Assembly: GCA_965231215.1 (NCBI GenBank)
Contig: OZ246423.1
Span: 832,001-896,000 of the forward strand
Direction of reading: 5' to 3'
Source: Candidatus Altimarinota bacterium
GTDB taxonomy: Bacteria; Patescibacteriota; Gracilibacteria; UBA4473
Length of the DNA stretch: 64,000 bases
Shown: positions 61,977 through 64,000 of the stretch, piece after piece
Layout: each line of letters starts with the position of its first letter
How positions within the stretch are numbered: position 1 is the stretch's first letter
The notes under the pieces: generated by a model
Told to the model about the DNA's origin: nothing
Seen by the model: only the letters and a program-made list of their open reading frames with translations
Database searches by the model: none
Position numbers and translations under genes: made by a program

Positions 61977-63216
61977 TTAGCGGGGTTATAGTGATGGTTT
62001 TTTCAATGTAAGCAACGAGATCATCTACCGCTCTTTCAAGATCAAATTCATTCGCATAAAATCGAATAGTATAATCGCCTGGAGTCGTATAGGTATGGCT
62101 TCCTAGTGGGATGATAGTAGATTTTAGCCTGCAGCCTTCTTTGGAGATATCGGCTTGAGCGTAGTCGTCTCTCGTATTTTTAGAGTTATCACCCCAATCA
62201 ACTTTGTATTTTAGACAGGTGGGATGGTACGCATTATAAAAAAGCTCAATGGTGTTTTTGCCTTTAGATTTAAAGGTAAATCGATCATTGATACTGGGGG
62301 TTTCGATTTTTCCAATCAGTGCAAACCAATCACTTTCATCTGAGCTGAGAATTTTGTTTTGAGAAATAAGATCCACAACAATTTTGAAATCATTTTTGTT
62401 CTTGAGAAGTTTTTCCAGGTAGAGGGGTTTATTGAGATTTCCTAAAAGCCTAGTGCGAACCTCTCCCTCGTAAGAAACAGGATGAGTTTGTCTCAGGATG
62501 ACATCGCTATCTCGGTTTATAAGTTTGATTTCTACCCGGGAAGGGCGCAGGGTTTTTACGTGCATCACTATTTCTGGAAAAGACTCATAGCCGTAAACGG
62601 ATTTAAAATCTTGGGTCTCGAGGGTGACCTCGGAGGTGCCATCGCCATCGGTTCCGGGTAAAACCAAGACACTCTCTTGACCTTTCCAATCGATAACAGG
62701 GCTCTTTGTTGCGTCTGGATGCCAGAGTTTAGCGGTGACTAGATACGTTCCAGAAGTGTTGTAAGTATGGGAAAGATTTAAGGCACAAGAATCTCCATCC
62801 TCCCAGTGCCCTTTGGAACCATCTCCCCAATCAATCATAAAGCCACAGCCAAACAAGGGGTGGACTGAGCCTTCTCTTAAATTGGTAAGTTCTGTTGGCC
62901 CGGTGACACTTACTGAGATTGGAGCGGTGCCACCTTTATCACTGAGTTGGAGGACTTTCGCACTCAGCGGAATTGGATCGGCTTTAGAGGTCTCAGGAGG
63001 CGTTTTTTTAGGAGTGGATTTGGGTTGAGAACGAACTTCTTCTGGGGGAGCAGAAGTTGTTTCAGGCTCAGTTTTGATTGGTTGTGTTTGAGATAATTCT
63101 AGTTTGGGGGAAGGCTTAGGGCCTTCCGGTGGATGTAAAAAATCAATCACTTTAAAAAAGTAAAGTCCCACCCCTATCAGAGCGCAGAGCACAAAGCCAA
63201 GAAGAAATCCTTTCAT
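61969..63216 (-). CDS. Membrane-anchored protein with two PKD-like domains
   Basis: N-terminal TM, P/T-rich linker, two DWGD...SHTY..G.Y motifs. Confidence 0.7.
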   Translation of the reverse strand: MKGFLLGFVLCALIGVGLYFFKVIDFLHPPEGPKPSPKLELSQTQPIKTEPETTSAPPEEVRSQPKSTPKKTPPETSKADPIPLSAKVLQLSDKGGTAPISVSVTGPTELTNLREGSVHPLFGCGFMIDWGDGSKGHWEDGDSCALNLSHTYNTSGTYLVTAKLWHPDATKSPVIDWKGQESVLVLPGTDGDGTSEVTLETQDFKSVYGYESFPEIVMHVKTLRPSRVEIKLINRDSDVILRQTHPVSYEGEVRTRLLGNLNKPLYLEKLLKNKNDFKIVVDLISQNKILSSDESDWFALIGKIETPSINDRFTFKSKGKNTIELFYNAYHPTCLKYKVDWGDNSKNTRDDYAQADISKEGCRLKSTIIPLGSHTYTTPGDYTIRFYANEFDLERAVDDLVAYIEKTITITPLNE

Positions 63217-63349
63217 TTTTGTTTGTGCTTATTGTACCAGAAATAAATTTAGTACTTTATTTTTTTGTATTGTTTTAATAATTCATGAGTAAGTTTAGGG
63301 TCTTGTGGGTTCCCTAAACGAAGCGAATTCAATATTTTAAGGGGTTTTG

Positions 63350-63374
63350 CGTAAGGGGAAGCATTCCCCTTACG
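63350..63374. terminator. Hairpin (terminator or REP-like) just downstream of guaA
   Basis: CGTAAGGGGAA-GCA-TTCCCCTTACG. Confidence 0.55.
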
Positions 63375-63379
63375 AATGT

Positions 63380-64000
63380 TTACTCCCACTCAATAGTGCC
63401 TGGAGGTTTAGAAGTAACGTCTAAAAATACGGCAGAAACCTCATCATCTTCTAAGATTTCAGTGGACACTTGTTCAAAAAATTCCCAAGGAAGTTTCCCC
63501 ACACTGGCACTCATCGCATCAATAGAGTCAATAGGCCTGAGGATGATAGATTCTTTACCGCTGTGGTTAAAGTTTATGGGCGCCAATACTACTGGAAATT
63601 GCCAGACGTCATTGTAGAGACCCATGGATTGCAGTTTAGAAGTCACAATATGATCAGCCCTTTGGAGTCGAGCCACCCTGGTTTCGTCTACAAAAGACTT
63701 TTCAACATTCATGACCTTAATAGAACCTTCGTAGTTTTTTCCCAGTAGTTTCACGCACCGGTTAATTTCGGTGTAGTGATTGATGAGTTTGGTAGAGAGG
63801 TTCTCTAGTTTAGAAATATCGGTGTCCTGAACCGTCAATAATCCTGGATGGCGGTAGGTTCGAAAATCTCCCTGAACCCCTACTGATTTTAGTGGTAAAA
63901 CCTGGAATGGTTTTTGGCTGGTCTGCAGGGTGAAGGCTTCTACCTTTGGAGCATTGATTTCCTCTATGTTTTCTCCTGCACATAAAATTCTTACTCCCAA
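63380..64000 (-). CDS. guaA: GMP synthase C-terminal region (5' part lies outside the window)
   Basis: SVGVQGD.RTY, WQFPVVL, DVTSKPPGTIEWE. Confidence 0.92.
   Translation of the reverse strand: MGVRILCAGENIEEINAPKVEAFTLQTSQKPFQVLPLKSVGVQGDFRTYRHPGLLTVQDTDISKLENLSTKLINHYTEINRCVKLLGKNYEGSIKVMNVEKSFVDETRVARLQRADHIVTSKLQSMGLYNDVWQFPVVLAPINFNHSGKESIILRPIDSIDAMSASVGKLPWEFFEQVSTEILEDDEVSAVFLDVTSKPPGTIEWE

Overview
This is a 64-kb chromosomal window from a Patescibacteria (CPR) bacterium, most likely Peregrinibacteria/Gracilibacteria-class. TGA behaves as a stop (code 11). The assignment is inferred from the 16S variants, the lack of rpmD, the unlinked 16S and the CPR-type VirD4/VirB4-like ATPase. 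Contents in order: three large surface proteins; gyrA; an unexpectedly biosynthetic cluster (aroB, archaeal-type ppcA, aspC, an ACT regulator, divergent dapA/dapB/hom); rnhB; a type IV pilin; a stand-alone 16S rRNA with an altered anti-SD; clpC; a T4SS-like ATPase; dusB; two signal-less SH3b cell-wall-hydrolase-like genes; a lysS-DUF2000-HD fusion; the S10-spc cluster split between rpsC and rplP into opposite orientations; a Xer recombinase; fbp; tuf; and partial guaA. The best candidate novelty is an Asn-codon-rich leader peptide with full 1:2/2:3/3:4 attenuator geometry upstream of ppcA-aspC. Other leads are structured leaders before rplP and rpsH, a nested-domain giant adhesin, a putative host-wall-attack module, and a dif-like site over the xer promoter. 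All family calls come from motif recognition by eye; no searches or folding programs were run.
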